NCBI GenBank assembly: GCA_963706025.1
Contig: CAVPLM010000005.1
Span: 1,024,001-1,088,000 of the forward strand
DNA from: an uncultured Actinomycetes bacterium
GTDB lineage: Bacteria > Actinomycetota > Thermoleophilia > RBG-16-64-13
Length of the DNA: 64,000 nt
Reading direction: 5' to 3'
The first letter of the stretch is position 1. Every line of letters begins with the position of its first letter. A program made the position numbers and the translations under genes. This document shows, in pieces, positions 39,639 to 50,860 of the stretch. The notes beneath the pieces were generated by a model. That model was not told the DNA's origin. It saw nothing but the letters and a program-made list of their open reading frames with translations, and ran no database searches.

Positions 39639-39675
39639 ATAGTTTGTTCTTATATGTGCTATAAGGTTTTTCTAT
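39639..39675. promoter_or_regulatory. Tandem LysR-type boxes
   Basis: ATA-N9-TAT at 39639-39653 and 39661-39675 (22 bp apart) in an AT-rich divergent region; also CTTATA-N5-TATAAG. Confidence 0.6.
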
Positions 39676-39731
39676 TGATCGTGCTGCTCGATGGTGTCGC
39701 GACCCGTCTCCCCTGGGGGGAACGAAAAGCC

Positions 39732-40670
39732 TTGGAGCTCACCCAACTAAAATACTACGTCACCATCGCCGAGACCCTCAGCTTCACCAGGGCGGCCGAG
39801 CTCCTGCATGTGTCGCAGCCGGCCCTGAGCTATCAAATGAGGCGTCTGGAGTTGGAACTGGGGACTCGGCTGTTCGATCGCGGAGGGCGGAAGATAAGAC
39901 TCACGTCCGACGGCGAGATCTTCCTACCTCTTGCCCAGAACGTGTTGCTCAGGGCGGATGAGGCCGTGCGGGTCCTCAGGGAGCACATGGGTGTCGAGGC
40001 GGGAGAAGTGCGCATGGGCTGCAATCCGTCCGTCGCGACCTATCGGGGCCCGGCGCTGATCGCTTCTTTCCAACGCGATTTCCCCCGGGTACGGGTGCAA
40101 CTCATCGAGGGCGGCGATCTCGAGCTGGAGCAAGGGGTCCTCGAGGGCACGATCGATTTCGCGGTAGCTACCGCCCCAGGGTCGCCTCAGACCCTGGAGG
40201 TCACCCCTCTGGGGGCCGAGGACCTGCTGCTGATCGTGTCTCCGGCACACCGGCACGCCGACCGCTCGACCGTCGCGCTGGCCGAGTTGAGCTACGAGCA
40301 ATTCGTCTTTCCCACCCATCCTTTCAACGTGACGGCCCAGGTCATCGACGCCTGCCGCCGAGCAGGCTTCGAGCCGAGAGTGGCCTATCAGACCGGTTCC
40401 CTGGAGTTGGTCAAGGGCTTCGTCAGGCAGGGGTTGGGAATCTCGGTGCTGCCGCGGATGGCGGTGGAAGGGCCGAGTGGAGAAGGCCTGGCCGTGATCG
40501 GGATCGAAGGGGGATTGACCCGCGAACTGAATCTGATCCGAGGCAAGGACCGAGCGGCCACGGCAGCCACGCGAGCGCTCATGACGCATGTGCGCGCTCA
40601 ACTAGGCGAGAACGCGGGGATGTCGCAACCCTCCCAGCAGGCACCCCAAGCCGAGCTGACGGGATCCTGA
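39732..40670 (+). CDS. LysR-family transcriptional regulator
   Basis: LTQLKYY..IAE..SFTRAAE.LHVSQPALSYQ...LE.ELG..LF.R. Confidence 0.95.
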   Translation: MELTQLKYYVTIAETLSFTRAAELLHVSQPALSYQMRRLELELGTRLFDRGGRKIRLTSDGEIFLPLAQNVLLRADEAVRVLREHMGVEAGEVRMGCNPSVATYRGPALIASFQRDFPRVRVQLIEGGDLELEQGVLEGTIDFAVATAPGSPQTLEVTPLGAEDLLLIVSPAHRHADRSTVALAELSYEQFVFPTHPFNVTAQVIDACRRAGFEPRVAYQTGSLELVKGFVRQGLGISVLPRMAVEGPSGEGLAVIGIEGGLTRELNLIRGKDRAATAATRALMTHVRAQLGENAGMSQPSQQAPQAELTGS

Positions 40671-40752
40671 ACACGATGCGGAGACGCGCCCCGGCGTCGC
40701 CCTCGCCCCGGCGTCGCTCGGCGCGCCCTCGCGCCGCGGGCCGTGTCGGACC

Positions 40753-41751
40753 CTATTCCAGTTTGCCGCCCTTTCCCAGCCAGGGCATCATGGCCCTGAG
40801 CTGGCGGCCCACGATCTCGATCTCGTGCTCGGCTTCCTCGCGTTTGATGGCGTTGTACACCGGGCGCCCGGCCAGATTCTCGAGGATCCACTCCCGGGCG
40901 AACTCCCCGCTCTGGATCTCTTCGAGGATGTACTCCATCTCTTCCCGGACGTCTTCGCTGATCACCCGCTTGCCTCGGGTCATGTCGCCATACTCGGCGG
41001 TATCGGAGATGGAATAGCGCATCCCGCTGATGCCGTGCTCGTGGATCAGGTCCACGATCAGCTTCAGCTCGTGCAGGCACTCGAAGTAAGCCACCTCCGG
41101 CTGATAGCCGGCGTCTACGAGGGTCTCGAAACCCGCGCGGATGAGCTCACTGACGCCCCCGCATAGAACCGCCTGCTCGCCGAACAGGTCGGTCTCGGTC
41201 TCCTCTTTGAAGGTAGTCTCGATCACGCCGGCCCGCAGAGCGCCGATCCCCTTGGCGTACGCTAGGGCTCGGTCTCTGGCCTTGCCGGTCGCATCCTGGT
41301 AGACGGCCAGAAGCGCGGGTACGCCCCCACCCTCGGTGTAGACCCGGCGCACCAGGTGCCCGGGGCCTTTGGGAGCGATCATGGTGACGTCCACGAAGGC
41401 CGGGGGAACGATCTGGCTGAAGTGGATGTTGAATCCGTGGGCGAACATCAGCATGTCGCCGTCTTTCAGGTTGTCGCGAACGGCGGTCTCGTAGACGACT
41501 TTCTGCGCCTGGTCGGGCACGACCATCATGATCACGTCCGCCACGGCCGCGGCGGCGTTGGCCGTCAGTACCTCGAAACCGGCCGCAGTCGCTCTGTCCC
41601 AGGCGGGCGTCCCGGGAGCCTCAGCTACCACCACCTTGACGCCGCTGTCCCTGAGGTTCTGCGAATGGGCGTGTCCTTGGCTGCCGAAACCGATTACCGC
41701 CACCGTCTTGCCGTCGAGAAGACTCGAATCGGCGTCCTTTTCGTACAACAT
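40753..41751 (-). CDS. ilvC: Ketol-acid reductoisomerase
   Basis: [55 protein letters not shown]. Confidence 0.98.
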   Translation of the reverse strand: MLYEKDADSSLLDGKTVAVIGFGSQGHAHSQNLRDSGVKVVVAEAPGTPAWDRATAAGFEVLTANAAAAVADVIMMVVPDQAQKVVYETAVRDNLKDGDMLMFAHGFNIHFSQIVPPAFVDVTMIAPKGPGHLVRRVYTEGGGVPALLAVYQDATGKARDRALAYAKGIGALRAGVIETTFKEETETDLFGEQAVLCGGVSELIRAGFETLVDAGYQPEVAYFECLHELKLIVDLIHEHGISGMRYSISDTAEYGDMTRGKRVISEDVREEMEYILEEIQSGEFAREWILENLAGRPVYNAIKREEAEHEIEIVGRQLRAMMPWLGKGGKLE

Positions 41752-41788
41752 CTCTGCTTTCTACCTCCTGTGCTGGTACGTCATGGCT

Positions 41789-42274
41789 CTAGGTCGGCCG
41801 TTTTCCCCGGCTCATGGCGATGTGCCCGGTGCGCGTCAACTCGACCACCCCAAAGGGGGCCAGGAGTTCCACGAAGGCGCTCACCTTATCACGGGTGCCG
41901 GTCATCTCGATGATCAGCACCTCGCTGGACACATCGACGATCCTGGCCCGGAAGATCTCGACCATCTGCATGATCTCTGCCCGCGCTTCGGCGTCGGCCT
42001 TGACCTTGATGAGCATCAACTCCCGCTCGACGCTCCCCGTCGGGTCCAGATCGATGATCTTGAGGACGTTGATGAGCTTATGCAGTTGCTTGGTGACCTG
42101 TTCGATCGGCTGATCCTGCTCGTCCACGGTGATGGTCATGCGGGACACGGCAAGACTCTCGGTCTCGGCCACCACGAGGCTGTCGATGTTGAACCCCCGC
42201 CGGGCGAAGAGGCCGGCCACCCGGGTCAGCACCCCGGGCTTGTTCTCGACCAGAACGGAGAGCGTGTGCTTCAT
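41789..42274 (-). CDS. ilvN: Acetolactate synthase small subunit
   Basis: LSVLVENKPGVLTRVAGLFARRGFNIDSL; ERELMLIKV. Confidence 0.97.
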   Translation of the reverse strand: MKHTLSVLVENKPGVLTRVAGLFARRGFNIDSLVVAETESLAVSRMTITVDEQDQPIEQVTKQLHKLINVLKIIDLDPTGSVERELMLIKVKADAEARAEIMQMVEIFRARIVDVSSEVLIIEMTGTRDKVSAFVELLAPFGVVELTRTGHIAMSRGKRPT

Positions 42275-43968
42275 CGGTCCCCCTCGGTCATGATCATGTC
42301 GCCGACGCTCCCTCCGGCCGGGATCATGGGATAGACGTTCGCCTCGCGTTTGACCCGGATGTCGATCACCGCCGGTCCCTCGGCGGTCAGGCCGACCCGC
42401 AGGACCTCTTCCAACTCCTCCGGCTTGGTGGCCCGCAGACCAAGGGCCCCGTAGGCCTCGGCCAGCTTGACGAAGTCAGGCTGGCACTCCATGCAGGTGT
42501 GACTGTAGCGTCCGCGCCAGAACAGCTCCTGCCACTGGCGCACCATCCCCAGGTACTGGTTGTTGATGATGCACACCTTCACCGGCAGCCCATACTGGAC
42601 CGCCGTGGCCAGTTCCTGCAGCGTCATCTGGAACGAGCCGTCACCCGCGATGTCGATAACCAGAGAGTCGGGAAGGGCCGCCTGAGCCCCGATGGCCGCG
42701 GGAAAACCGAAACCCATGGTCCCCAATCCTCCCGAGCTGATGAAGCGGCGGGGATGGCGGATAAGGTAATGCTGGGCCGCCCACATCTGGTGCTGCCCCA
42801 CCTCAGTGCAAACCACAGCCTCGCCTCGACTGACCTCCCAGATCTTGTTCACCGCGGACTCGGGCATGATCTCACCGTCCTCCGGTTCTCGGATCACCAG
42901 GGGATGATCGCGCTTCCAGGCCTCCACCTGCTTCATCCAGGTAAGATGCCTGTCGGGAGAGAGATCCAGTTTCTTGAGCTCTACCAGCAGCGCTGCCAGC
43001 ACCCGCTTTGCGTCTCCGACGATGGGGACCTCCACGCTCACGTTCTTCGAGATCTCCGCCGGATCCACGTCGATGTGCACGAAACGGGCCTCCGGAGCGA
43101 ACGCCTCCAACTTGCCCGTAACCCGGTCGTCGAAGCGAACCCCCACAGCCAAGATTAGGTCGGACCGACTGAGGGAGTAGTTGGCATACGGCGTACCGTG
43201 CATGCCCAGCATGCCCATCGCCAGATCTTCGTCTTCGGGGAAGCAGCCTTTGCCGGTGAGGGTGGTGGCAACCGGGATGTGCCCATAGAAGGCGAGCTCG
43301 CGCAGTTCTTCCGAAGCCTCGGCTGAGATCACTCCGCCGCCCGCGTAGATGAGAGGACGCTCGGCCGCCGCGATGACCCGCGCAGCTTCCCGGATCTGCT
43401 TAGGGTGCCCTTTGACCGTGGGCCTGTAACCGGGAAGCTGCATCGCGGGCAGCGCCGCGGGATCGAAGTCCATCTCCTCCCTGGTCACGTCGACCGGGAT
43501 GTCGATGAGCACCGGCCCAGGCCGGCCGGTGCTCGCTATGTAGAAGGCTTCCCGGATGATGCGCGGGAGATCCCCGGCGTCCTTGACCAAGTAGCTGTGC
43601 TTGACGATGGGAAGGGTGATGCCGGTGACGTCGGCCTCCTGGAACGAGTCCAGACCGATAAGCGGCCGGCTCACCTGCCCGGTGATGGCCACGATGGGCA
43701 CGCTGTCCATATAGGCGTTGGCGATGGCAGTAACGAGGTTCGTCGCGCCCGGACCGGAGGTGGCCAAGCACACCCCCACCTTGCCCGACGCTCGGGCATA
43801 GCCGTCGGCGGCATGGCCGGCTCCCTGCTCGTGACGGACCAGTATATGGTTGAGATCGAAGTCGTAGAGGGCGTCATAGATGGGTAGCAGCACGCCACCC
43901 GGGAAACCGAATATGGTGTCGACCCCTTCGCGCTTGAGCGCTTCGAGGATCACTCTGGATGCTTTCAT
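42271..43968 (-). CDS. ilvB: Acetolactate synthase large subunit
   Basis: FGFPGG, RHEQGA.HAADGYAR, TSGPGATN, VGQHQMW, SGGLGTMGFG, GDGSFQM..NN. Confidence 0.98.
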   Translation of the reverse strand: MKASRVILEALKREGVDTIFGFPGGVLLPIYDALYDFDLNHILVRHEQGAGHAADGYARASGKVGVCLATSGPGATNLVTAIANAYMDSVPIVAITGQVSRPLIGLDSFQEADVTGITLPIVKHSYLVKDAGDLPRIIREAFYIASTGRPGPVLIDIPVDVTREEMDFDPAALPAMQLPGYRPTVKGHPKQIREAARVIAAAERPLIYAGGGVISAEASEELRELAFYGHIPVATTLTGKGCFPEDEDLAMGMLGMHGTPYANYSLSRSDLILAVGVRFDDRVTGKLEAFAPEARFVHIDVDPAEISKNVSVEVPIVGDAKRVLAALLVELKKLDLSPDRHLTWMKQVEAWKRDHPLVIREPEDGEIMPESAVNKIWEVSRGEAVVCTEVGQHQMWAAQHYLIRHPRRFISSGGLGTMGFGFPAAIGAQAALPDSLVIDIAGDGSFQMTLQELATAVQYGLPVKVCIINNQYLGMVRQWQELFWRGRYSHTCMECQPDFVKLAEAYGALGLRATKPEELEEVLRVGLTAEGPAVIDIRVKREANVYPMIPAGGSVGDMIMTEGDR

Positions 43969-44064
43969 GGCACGCTCCGCTGTCGCAATATCCCGCGTCT
44001 ACTCAGACTACCGGCCGCAAGAGACCGGGCGAAGCCGGAGCCGCGAAGTCCGCGGCGGACAAGT

Positions 44065-45744
44065 TCAGGAGCCGACGCTCCCGCCGCTCAGCACCGCCCC
44101 GGTCTCGGCCCCGGAGACAAAGGCTACGTAGCGGCGCAGCACGCCCGAATACTCTCGAGCCGGACGCTGCCACGCCGTTCTCCTTCGCGTCATCTCTTCT
44201 CCGGTGACTTCCAGGGTCAGCGTCCGGCCCGGGATGTCGATGCTGATCAGGTCGCCGTCCTTGACCAAAGCGATGGGTCCGCCCTCCAAGGCTTCAGGCG
44301 CCACATGGCCGATGCTGGCTCCTCGGCTGGCCCCGCTGAAACGCCCGTCGGTGATGAGGGCCACGCTGTCGCCCAGTCCCGCCCCGGCCAAAGCGGAGGT
44401 GGGAGTGAGCATCTCCGGCATGCCCGGACCGCCCTTGGGTCCGACATAGCGGATCACCACTACGGAGCCCGGCTCGATGGTGCCCGCCTCTATGGCCTGC
44501 ATGAGAGTGGGCTCGTCGTCGAAAACACAAGCCGGTCCTCGATGCACCAGCATCTGCGGCAGGACGGCGGATTCCTTGACGACGGCCCCCCGTGGAGCCA
44601 GATTCCCGAAGAGCATGGCCAGCCCGCCGGTCGAACGGTGCGGCCGGTCTAGCGGCCGGATCACCTCGTCATCCCGCACGACCGCGGCTTCATACTGGGT
44701 GGCCAGATCGACACCCGAGACCGTGGGGACCGTCCCGTCGACCACACCCTTACCGGCCAGCCGGTTGAGCACAGCCATCACGCCCCCGGCCCGATGGAGG
44801 TCTTCCATGTGGTCGGTACCCGAAGGCGACAGCTTGACCAGGTTGGGCGTGGCAGCGGCCACTTCGTTGAAGGTCTCAGGCTTGAGTTCGACTTCAGCTT
44901 CATTGGCTATGGCCATCAGGTGCAGGACGGTGTTCGTCGAGCAACCGAGAGCCGCATCCACCGCCAGCGCGTTACGCAGGCTGGCGGGAGTGAGGAACCG
45001 CCGGGCGCCCCATCCCTCCCGGGCCACCTCCACCGCCGCGGCTCCGCTCTGTCGTGCCAGGATGAGCCGGGCCGAGAACGGGGCCGGGATGGTAGCGTCG
45101 CCGGGCAGGGCCAGTCCCAGGGTCTCGGTGACGCAACTCATCGAGTTGGCGGTGAACAGCCCGGCGCACGACCCGCAGGTCGGGCACGCGCAGTCCTCCA
45201 ACTCTGCCAGTTCCTCCGCTGTCATGTCGCCGCGGAAATGCCGGCCCACACCCTCGAACACTTGGCTGAGACTGACCTTGGCGCCGTGGTAGTCCCCGGC
45301 CAGCATCGGGCCCCCCGAGACCACGACCACGGGGATGTCCAGGCGGGCCGCGGCCATGACCATGCCGGGCACCACCTTGTCACAATTGGGCATCAGCACC
45401 AGACCGTCCAGAGCATGCGCCCTGGCCATGATCTCCACCGAGTCGGCGATGACTTCACGCGAGACCAGGGAGTAGTTCATGCCCTCGTGGTTCATGGCGA
45501 TGCCGTCGCAGACGCCGATTACGTTGAACTCCAGGGGCACCCCGCCGGCCTGCCACACGCCGAACTTCACCTGCTGGGCCAGCGTGTTCAGATGCATGTG
45601 GCCCGGTATCAGTTCGTTGTAGGAGTTGGCGATGCCGATCAGGGGCCGGCCGACATCGTCCCGGCCCACCCCCAGGGCGCGCAGGAGGGAACGGTGCGGT
45701 GCCCGGGCGGGACCGGAAAAGACACTTTGACTGCCGCTATTCAA
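44065..45744 (-). CDS. ilvD: Dihydroxy-acid dehydratase
   Basis: [62 protein letters not shown]; TTG after GAGGAG. Confidence 0.97.
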   Translation of the reverse strand: MNSGSQSVFSGPARAPHRSLLRALGVGRDDVGRPLIGIANSYNELIPGHMHLNTLAQQVKFGVWQAGGVPLEFNVIGVCDGIAMNHEGMNYSLVSREVIADSVEIMARAHALDGLVLMPNCDKVVPGMVMAAARLDIPVVVVSGGPMLAGDYHGAKVSLSQVFEGVGRHFRGDMTAEELAELEDCACPTCGSCAGLFTANSMSCVTETLGLALPGDATIPAPFSARLILARQSGAAAVEVAREGWGARRFLTPASLRNALAVDAALGCSTNTVLHLMAIANEAEVELKPETFNEVAAATPNLVKLSPSGTDHMEDLHRAGGVMAVLNRLAGKGVVDGTVPTVSGVDLATQYEAAVVRDDEVIRPLDRPHRSTGGLAMLFGNLAPRGAVVKESAVLPQMLVHRGPACVFDDEPTLMQAIEAGTIEPGSVVVIRYVGPKGGPGMPEMLTPTSALAGAGLGDSVALITDGRFSGASRGASIGHVAPEALEGGPIALVKDGDLISIDIPGRTLTLEVTGEEMTRRRTAWQRPAREYSGVLRRYVAFVSGAETGAVLSGGSVGS

Positions 45745-45984
45745 GACAGGCTCCTCGTGACAGGGGCGATGGATCACTTCAGTGCGATGAACGTTTAGTT
45801 TACTAGACATGGACATCGAATCAAGGCAGAGAGTGGCTGAGACGACGAGTGGAGGCCGCCCGAGCCAGATCGAAGGGCCCTCCATGCGTCTGGTCACCTG
45901 TCGCCGGCTCGTGGTACGCTCGCTAAACAGCGGAAGGACCCTTTCGCGGCGTCGCCTAGCGGACGGACATGAGGTGGAGGAACT

Positions 45985-47298
45985 ATGACCAACGCCGAGC
46001 TCAGCACTCTGAGAGCCGAAGTAGTGCCCCGGGGCGTGCCCAGCACCGCCCCCGTCTTCGTCGCCAAGGCCCGCAACGCCATGATCACCGATGTGGAGGG
46101 ACGGGAGTACATCGATTTCGCCGCCGGCATCGGGGTCATGAGCGTGGGCCACTGTCACCCCAAGGTAGTGGAGGCCGTCCAGGACCAAGCGGGGCTGTAC
46201 TCGCACATGTGCTTCGGCCTGTTCGGCTACGAATCCTATCTGCGTCTCGCCGAGAGGCTGAACCGGTTGGTCCCGGGCGACTTCCCCAAGCGGACCTTCT
46301 TCATGAACTCCGGGGCCGAAGCGGTGGAGAACGCCATCAAGATCGCCCGTTATGCCACCGGACGCAAAGCCATCATCGCCTTCGAAGACGCGTTCCACGG
46401 CCGCACCTATATGACCCTCAGCCTCACCTCTCAAGTTAGTCCCTACAAGGTGGGGTTCGGGCCATATGCCTCTGAGGTCTACCGCATCCCCTATGCTCAT
46501 TGCTACCGCTGCCCGCTGGCGCTCACCTACCCGGCATGTAGGTGCGAATGCGCGGGGTTGCTGGAGCAGGCTTTCGTTAAGCACGTGAACGCGGACGAGG
46601 TAGCCGCAGTGATAGCCGAGCCGGTCCTGGGCGAGGGTGGTTTCATCGTCCCGCCGCCCGAATACATGGGCAAGATCAAGACGATCTGCGAGCAGCACGG
46701 CATCCTGCTCATCGCCGACGAGATCCAGACCGGCATGGGCCGAACCGGTGCCTGGTTCGCCATGGAGCACTGGGGAGTGGCCGCCGACATCGTGACTACC
46801 GCCAAAGCCCTCGGAGCCGGCTTCCCCATCTCCGGCATCACCGGACGGCAGGAAGTGATGGATTCCGTGCATCCCAGCGGCGTCGGCACCACCTTCGGGG
46901 GCAACCCCACTGGCTGCCGGGCCGGCCTGGCTGTGTTCGATATCATCGAGAGCGAGGGGCTGCTGCAAAGAGCGACTGTGGTGGGCGAGCGGATCCGCGA
47001 CCGGTTCCGGGCCCTGCAGGCGCGGTACCCGGTCATCGGTGACGTGCGCGGCATCGGGGCCATGGCCGCCATGGAATTGGTCGAAGATCCGGAGACCAAG
47101 AAACCGGCGGGCGATTTCGCCAAGGCTTACCGTCTCAAGCTGTACCAGAACGGGGTCGTGAACGTGGGCGCGGGGACCTACCACAACGTCGTACGTATCC
47201 TGGTGCCGCTGACAATAGAGGATGAGACTCTGGCCCGGGGTCTTGACATCATGGAGGAGACGCTGGCCCAGGTCAGTGAGGCCAACGCCGCTGTCTGA
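45985..47298 (+). CDS. gabT: 4-aminobutyrate (class III omega-amino acid) aminotransferase
   Basis: [59 protein letters not shown]. Confidence 0.88.
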   Translation: MTNAELSTLRAEVVPRGVPSTAPVFVAKARNAMITDVEGREYIDFAAGIGVMSVGHCHPKVVEAVQDQAGLYSHMCFGLFGYESYLRLAERLNRLVPGDFPKRTFFMNSGAEAVENAIKIARYATGRKAIIAFEDAFHGRTYMTLSLTSQVSPYKVGFGPYASEVYRIPYAHCYRCPLALTYPACRCECAGLLEQAFVKHVNADEVAAVIAEPVLGEGGFIVPPPEYMGKIKTICEQHGILLIADEIQTGMGRTGAWFAMEHWGVAADIVTTAKALGAGFPISGITGRQEVMDSVHPSGVGTTFGGNPTGCRAGLAVFDIIESEGLLQRATVVGERIRDRFRALQARYPVIGDVRGIGAMAAMELVEDPETKKPAGDFAKAYRLKLYQNGVVNVGAGTYHNVVRILVPLTIEDETLARGLDIMEETLAQVSEANAAV

Positions 47299-47350
47299 GG
47301 ATCCCGGCAAAGAGAACCAATCGCCGGCGAAACCTGGAGAGGAGACCGAA

Positions 47351-49099
47351 GTGGTCGATACAAAGAAGATCCTCTTCGTCGATCTGACCTCAGGTAGGTC
47401 GCGCATCGACGATATCGACGTCCGGGGGCTTCTCGGACTGGGAGGTAAGGTCCTCGGCGTGCGCCTGTTGGAGAAGTATCTCGATCCGGCGGTCGACCCG
47501 CTGGCTCCAGAGAACGTGGTGGCCATCACCCCCAGTGCCTTGGCCGCCTATGCGATGTCGGGCTCCAATCGGTTCGGCGCCTTCACCCGAAGCCCCCTCA
47601 CCGGTATCTGGTTGGAATCGTACTGCGGAGGCACGTTCGGCCGCGCTCTCTGCGAGACGGGATGGGGGGCCTTGGTCATCACGGGAGCTGCCAAAGCTCC
47701 CGTGCACCTGCATGTCAACGCCGAAGGGGCGACTCTGCTACCCGCCGACGACCTGTGGGGAACGGACTGCTTCGCCGTGGAGGCTGAGTTGATCTCCCGC
47801 CTGGAAAGACGATCGTCCGTTCTTTGCATCGGCATCGCAGGCGAGAATCAGGTCAAGCTCGCCTCGGTGATGCACGAGCAGGCCCACACACTGGGCCGCG
47901 GAGGCATGGGCGCGGTATTCGGCAGCAAGATGCTCAAGGCCCTCAGCGTCACCTCTCCCGGCCCTGTCAAGAGCGAGGTCCAGGAGCAGTTCGCAGAGAC
48001 ACGGAGAGAGGTGTCAAAACTGGCCTCGGACTCACCGACGACAGCGGTCTACCGGCGCTTCGGTACCCCGGTCATGGTCGCTCTGGTCAACGAAGCCGGA
48101 GCCTTTCCCACCGACTTCTTCACCAAGGGCGTCGCTCCTCATCGGACGACTCTTGAGGCCGAGGGGTGGCCAAAGTGGGCCAAGATCGACAACGACAGCT
48201 GCCCTCCTTGTCCCCTGCGCTGCCGCAAGCGCCTCACCTTCATCGACGGCCCCGAGGCCGGGCGCGAGCTCCACGGCCCCGAATACGAGACCTTGTACTC
48301 GTTCGGAGGCTCCTGCATGGTGGAGCACGCGCGCGACGTGGCCAAGCTCAACGAACGCTGCAACCTGCTGGGCTTGGACACCATGAGCAGCGGCAATCTG
48401 GTCGGGGCAGCCATCAAGGCCGGGCAGTTGGGTCTGCTCGATGATGCCCCGGCTTCGGGCGATGTCGAGGGGATCTCCCGGCTTCTCGGTGAGATCGCCT
48501 CCCGGTCCACCTCCACCGGAGACACTCTTGCCCAAGGGTTGGACGAAGCTCTAGCCCGCTTCGGCATGAGCGAGTGGTCCATCACTTCCAAGCACCTCGA
48601 TCCCGCCGGGTACGAGCCGCGGAAGTTGAAGAGCATGGCTTTGAGCTACGCGCTGAACGTACGGGGAGCCTGCCACCTTCGGGCGACCTTCTACAAAGCA
48701 GAGCTGGGCGGTCTGTTGAAGGAACTGGATGACGACGCTTACGTCCGGACCTACATCGACTGGGAAGACCGCATGCTTATCTCGGACAGCCTCACCATGT
48801 GCCGCTTCTACCGGGATTTCATGGTCTGGGACTACCTGGTCTCCTCCGCCTCCCAGCTGAACGGCGGACCGCTCGCCAAGGAGGATCTGGAAGGGCTTTC
48901 CACAGAGACCATCACCCGCATTCGCCGTCTCAATATGGCGTTTGGATCTACACCGGCGGACGATACGGTGGCCGAGCGCTTCTTCACCGATCCGACCGAC
49001 ACGGCTCCCGCTCTCGACAGGCAGGAGATGGAGAGACGAGTCCGGATCTACTGGGCGAAACGGGGTTGGACCGAGGACGGTCTGGTGCCGGCCGGCTAG
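47351..49099 (+). CDS. W/Mo aldehyde:ferredoxin oxidoreductase family protein
   Basis: [53 protein letters not shown]. Confidence 0.92.
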   Translation: MVDTKKILFVDLTSGRSRIDDIDVRGLLGLGGKVLGVRLLEKYLDPAVDPLAPENVVAITPSALAAYAMSGSNRFGAFTRSPLTGIWLESYCGGTFGRALCETGWGALVITGAAKAPVHLHVNAEGATLLPADDLWGTDCFAVEAELISRLERRSSVLCIGIAGENQVKLASVMHEQAHTLGRGGMGAVFGSKMLKALSVTSPGPVKSEVQEQFAETRREVSKLASDSPTTAVYRRFGTPVMVALVNEAGAFPTDFFTKGVAPHRTTLEAEGWPKWAKIDNDSCPPCPLRCRKRLTFIDGPEAGRELHGPEYETLYSFGGSCMVEHARDVAKLNERCNLLGLDTMSSGNLVGAAIKAGQLGLLDDAPASGDVEGISRLLGEIASRSTSTGDTLAQGLDEALARFGMSEWSITSKHLDPAGYEPRKLKSMALSYALNVRGACHLRATFYKAELGGLLKELDDDAYVRTYIDWEDRMLISDSLTMCRFYRDFMVWDYLVSSASQLNGGPLAKEDLEGLSTETITRIRRLNMAFGSTPADDTVAERFFTDPTDTAPALDRQEMERRVRIYWAKRGWTEDGLVPAG

Positions 49100-49196
49100 G
49101 ACGCTTCGCCCATCCACCGGGAGTCCAGGCCTCGGAGGCCGGGGTCGCCACCGGCCGCGCGGAGACGGCCTGCATGCGTCTCCGGCGCCCAGGTCG

Positions 49197-50213
49197 TCAC
49201 TCGATGAGCCGGCTCACCTCTTCGGCCACAGCTTCCCCCATGTCCCTGGTCCCCGAATCGCCGCCCAGGTCGCGGGTCACGCGCGTGCCCGCGCCGATGA
49301 CCGTGCGCACGCCCTCGAAGAGCGCGTGCGCGGCCTTCGCTTCACCCAGATGCTTCAGCATCAGCACGGCCGACAGGATGAGGGCAGTGGGATCAGCTGT
49401 GTCCAGCCCCGCGTACTTGGGAGCAGAGCCGTGCACCGGCTCGAAGACCGCGATCTCTGCGCCGATGTTGGCCCCCGGAGCCACACCGAGGCCGCCGACC
49501 AGACCGGCGCAGAGGTCGCTCAGGATATCGCCGTAGAGATTGGGGCACAGGAGCACGTCGTACAGTTCGGGCTTCTGGACCAACTGCATGCACATGTTGT
49601 CGACGATCCGGTCTTCGAACTCAATGTCGGGGTAGCCGTCGGCGATCTGCCGCGAGACCTCCAAGAAGAGCCCATCCGACAGCTTCATGATGTTGGCTTT
49701 GTGGACCGCGGTCACTTTGCGCCGGTCTTCTCGCCGCGCGTACTCGAAGGCGAATCTGGCGATACGCTCGGTCCCCTGCCGGGTGATGATCTTGATCGAC
49801 TCGGCCGCGTCGCGGCCGACCATGTGCTCTACCCCAGCATACAGGTCCTCGGTGTTCTCGCGCACGACCACGAGGTCGACGCCCTCAAACCGCGATTGCA
49901 CCCCTGGTATGGTCACGGCCGGGCGAAGATTCGCGTAGAGGTCGAGTTCCTTGCGCAGCGCCACGTTGACGCTGCGAAACCCGGAACCCACGGGGGTGGT
50001 GATCGGGCCCTTGAGGGCCGTTTTCGTATCCCGGATGGTGTCGATCACCGACTGCGGTAGCGGAGTGCCGCACTTGTCCATGACCTCGGCACCTGCCTCG
50101 ACGTCGACCCACTCGACGTGGACACCCGTGGCAGCTACGGCCACTTTGGTCGCCGCCATGATCTCGGGGCCGATTCCGTCCCCGGAAATGCACGTGACTC
50201 GGTGCTCTGTCAT
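49197..50213 (-). CDS. NAD-dependent isocitrate/isopropylmalate dehydrogenase family; IDH-like
   Basis: [62 protein letters not shown]. Confidence 0.9.
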   Translation of the reverse strand: MTEHRVTCISGDGIGPEIMAATKVAVAATGVHVEWVDVEAGAEVMDKCGTPLPQSVIDTIRDTKTALKGPITTPVGSGFRSVNVALRKELDLYANLRPAVTIPGVQSRFEGVDLVVVRENTEDLYAGVEHMVGRDAAESIKIITRQGTERIARFAFEYARREDRRKVTAVHKANIMKLSDGLFLEVSRQIADGYPDIEFEDRIVDNMCMQLVQKPELYDVLLCPNLYGDILSDLCAGLVGGLGVAPGANIGAEIAVFEPVHGSAPKYAGLDTADPTALILSAVLMLKHLGEAKAAHALFEGVRTVIGAGTRVTRDLGGDSGTRDMGEAVAEEVSRLIE

Positions 50214-50692
50214 TCTTTTCCTCCTCGATTCTCCCCATTATCCGCGACTGCGGAGTGCCTGCCTGTCGAGGAAGCCTCGTGCCTGCCCAAATACGCTCCG
50301 GGCGGAGCCTTGGGCAGAGACTCAGACTCCAGGTCGTTCTGTGCGGCCGGCAAAGATCCAAGGGGGTGAGCTTCCTGCTCCCTGAACACGGACACCTGCT
50401 CGAGACGCCCGGCGTTCTCTGAGAGCATGTGCACGATCGCGTATCTGAGCCCGCTGGCGCGAAACCGAGCGTCGACCAGCACGTCGAAGACCACCCTGTT
50501 CATCGGGCCCAAGCGACACGAGCGTCCAAAACCGATGAGGTCACCATCGAGCTTGCAGACGACCCACTCTGCGGAAGCGGCAAGCACCCACTCCAACTTG
50601 GCTTCGGCGTCGACCTCGCGCCAGCCACAGCGGGCGAAGAACTCGCCCAGGGCGACGATGTCGACGGAACTGTTGCGTTCGAACTCAAGCAT
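50210..50692 (-). CDS. Degenerate GNAT-like protein
   Basis: LIGFGR, VFDVLVD.RFR.SG; the C-terminal part is low confidence. Confidence 0.55.
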   Translation of the reverse strand: MLEFERNSSVDIVALGEFFARCGWREVDAEAKLEWVLAASAEWVVCKLDGDLIGFGRSCRLGPMNRVVFDVLVDARFRASGLRYAIVHMLSENAGRLEQVSVFREQEAHPLGSLPAAQNDLESESLPKAPPGAYLGRHEASSTGRHSAVADNGENRGGKE

Positions 50693-50746
50693 GGCCCGGG
50701 CATGCTAGCAGAAGGTGTGGGGGCGCGACCAGCGGGAAGAGCTTTG

Positions 50747-50860
50747 GAACTCGTTTCAGAATGAAGTCTCGGCCGCCTATCCGCGCTGGGCGGAGCGATC
50801 CATCGTCATCAGTCGCGCCGATCGCGCCCTGTCGGCAAAGCGTCATTCTGAAACGAGCTC
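50747..50860. mobile_element. 114-bp MITE-like element
   Basis: TIRs GAACTCGTTTCAGAATGA / TCATTCTGAAACGAGCTC (15 bp perfect, 17 of 18). Flanks are TTG and TTA; the TTA is the capA stop codon. Confidence 0.55.

Noticed and set aside
44065-47529. 1154-aa minus-strand ORF, and other long antisense ORFs
   Set aside because: Only 44065-45744 is IlvD; the remainder is the antisense shadow of gabT, expected in high-GC DNA.
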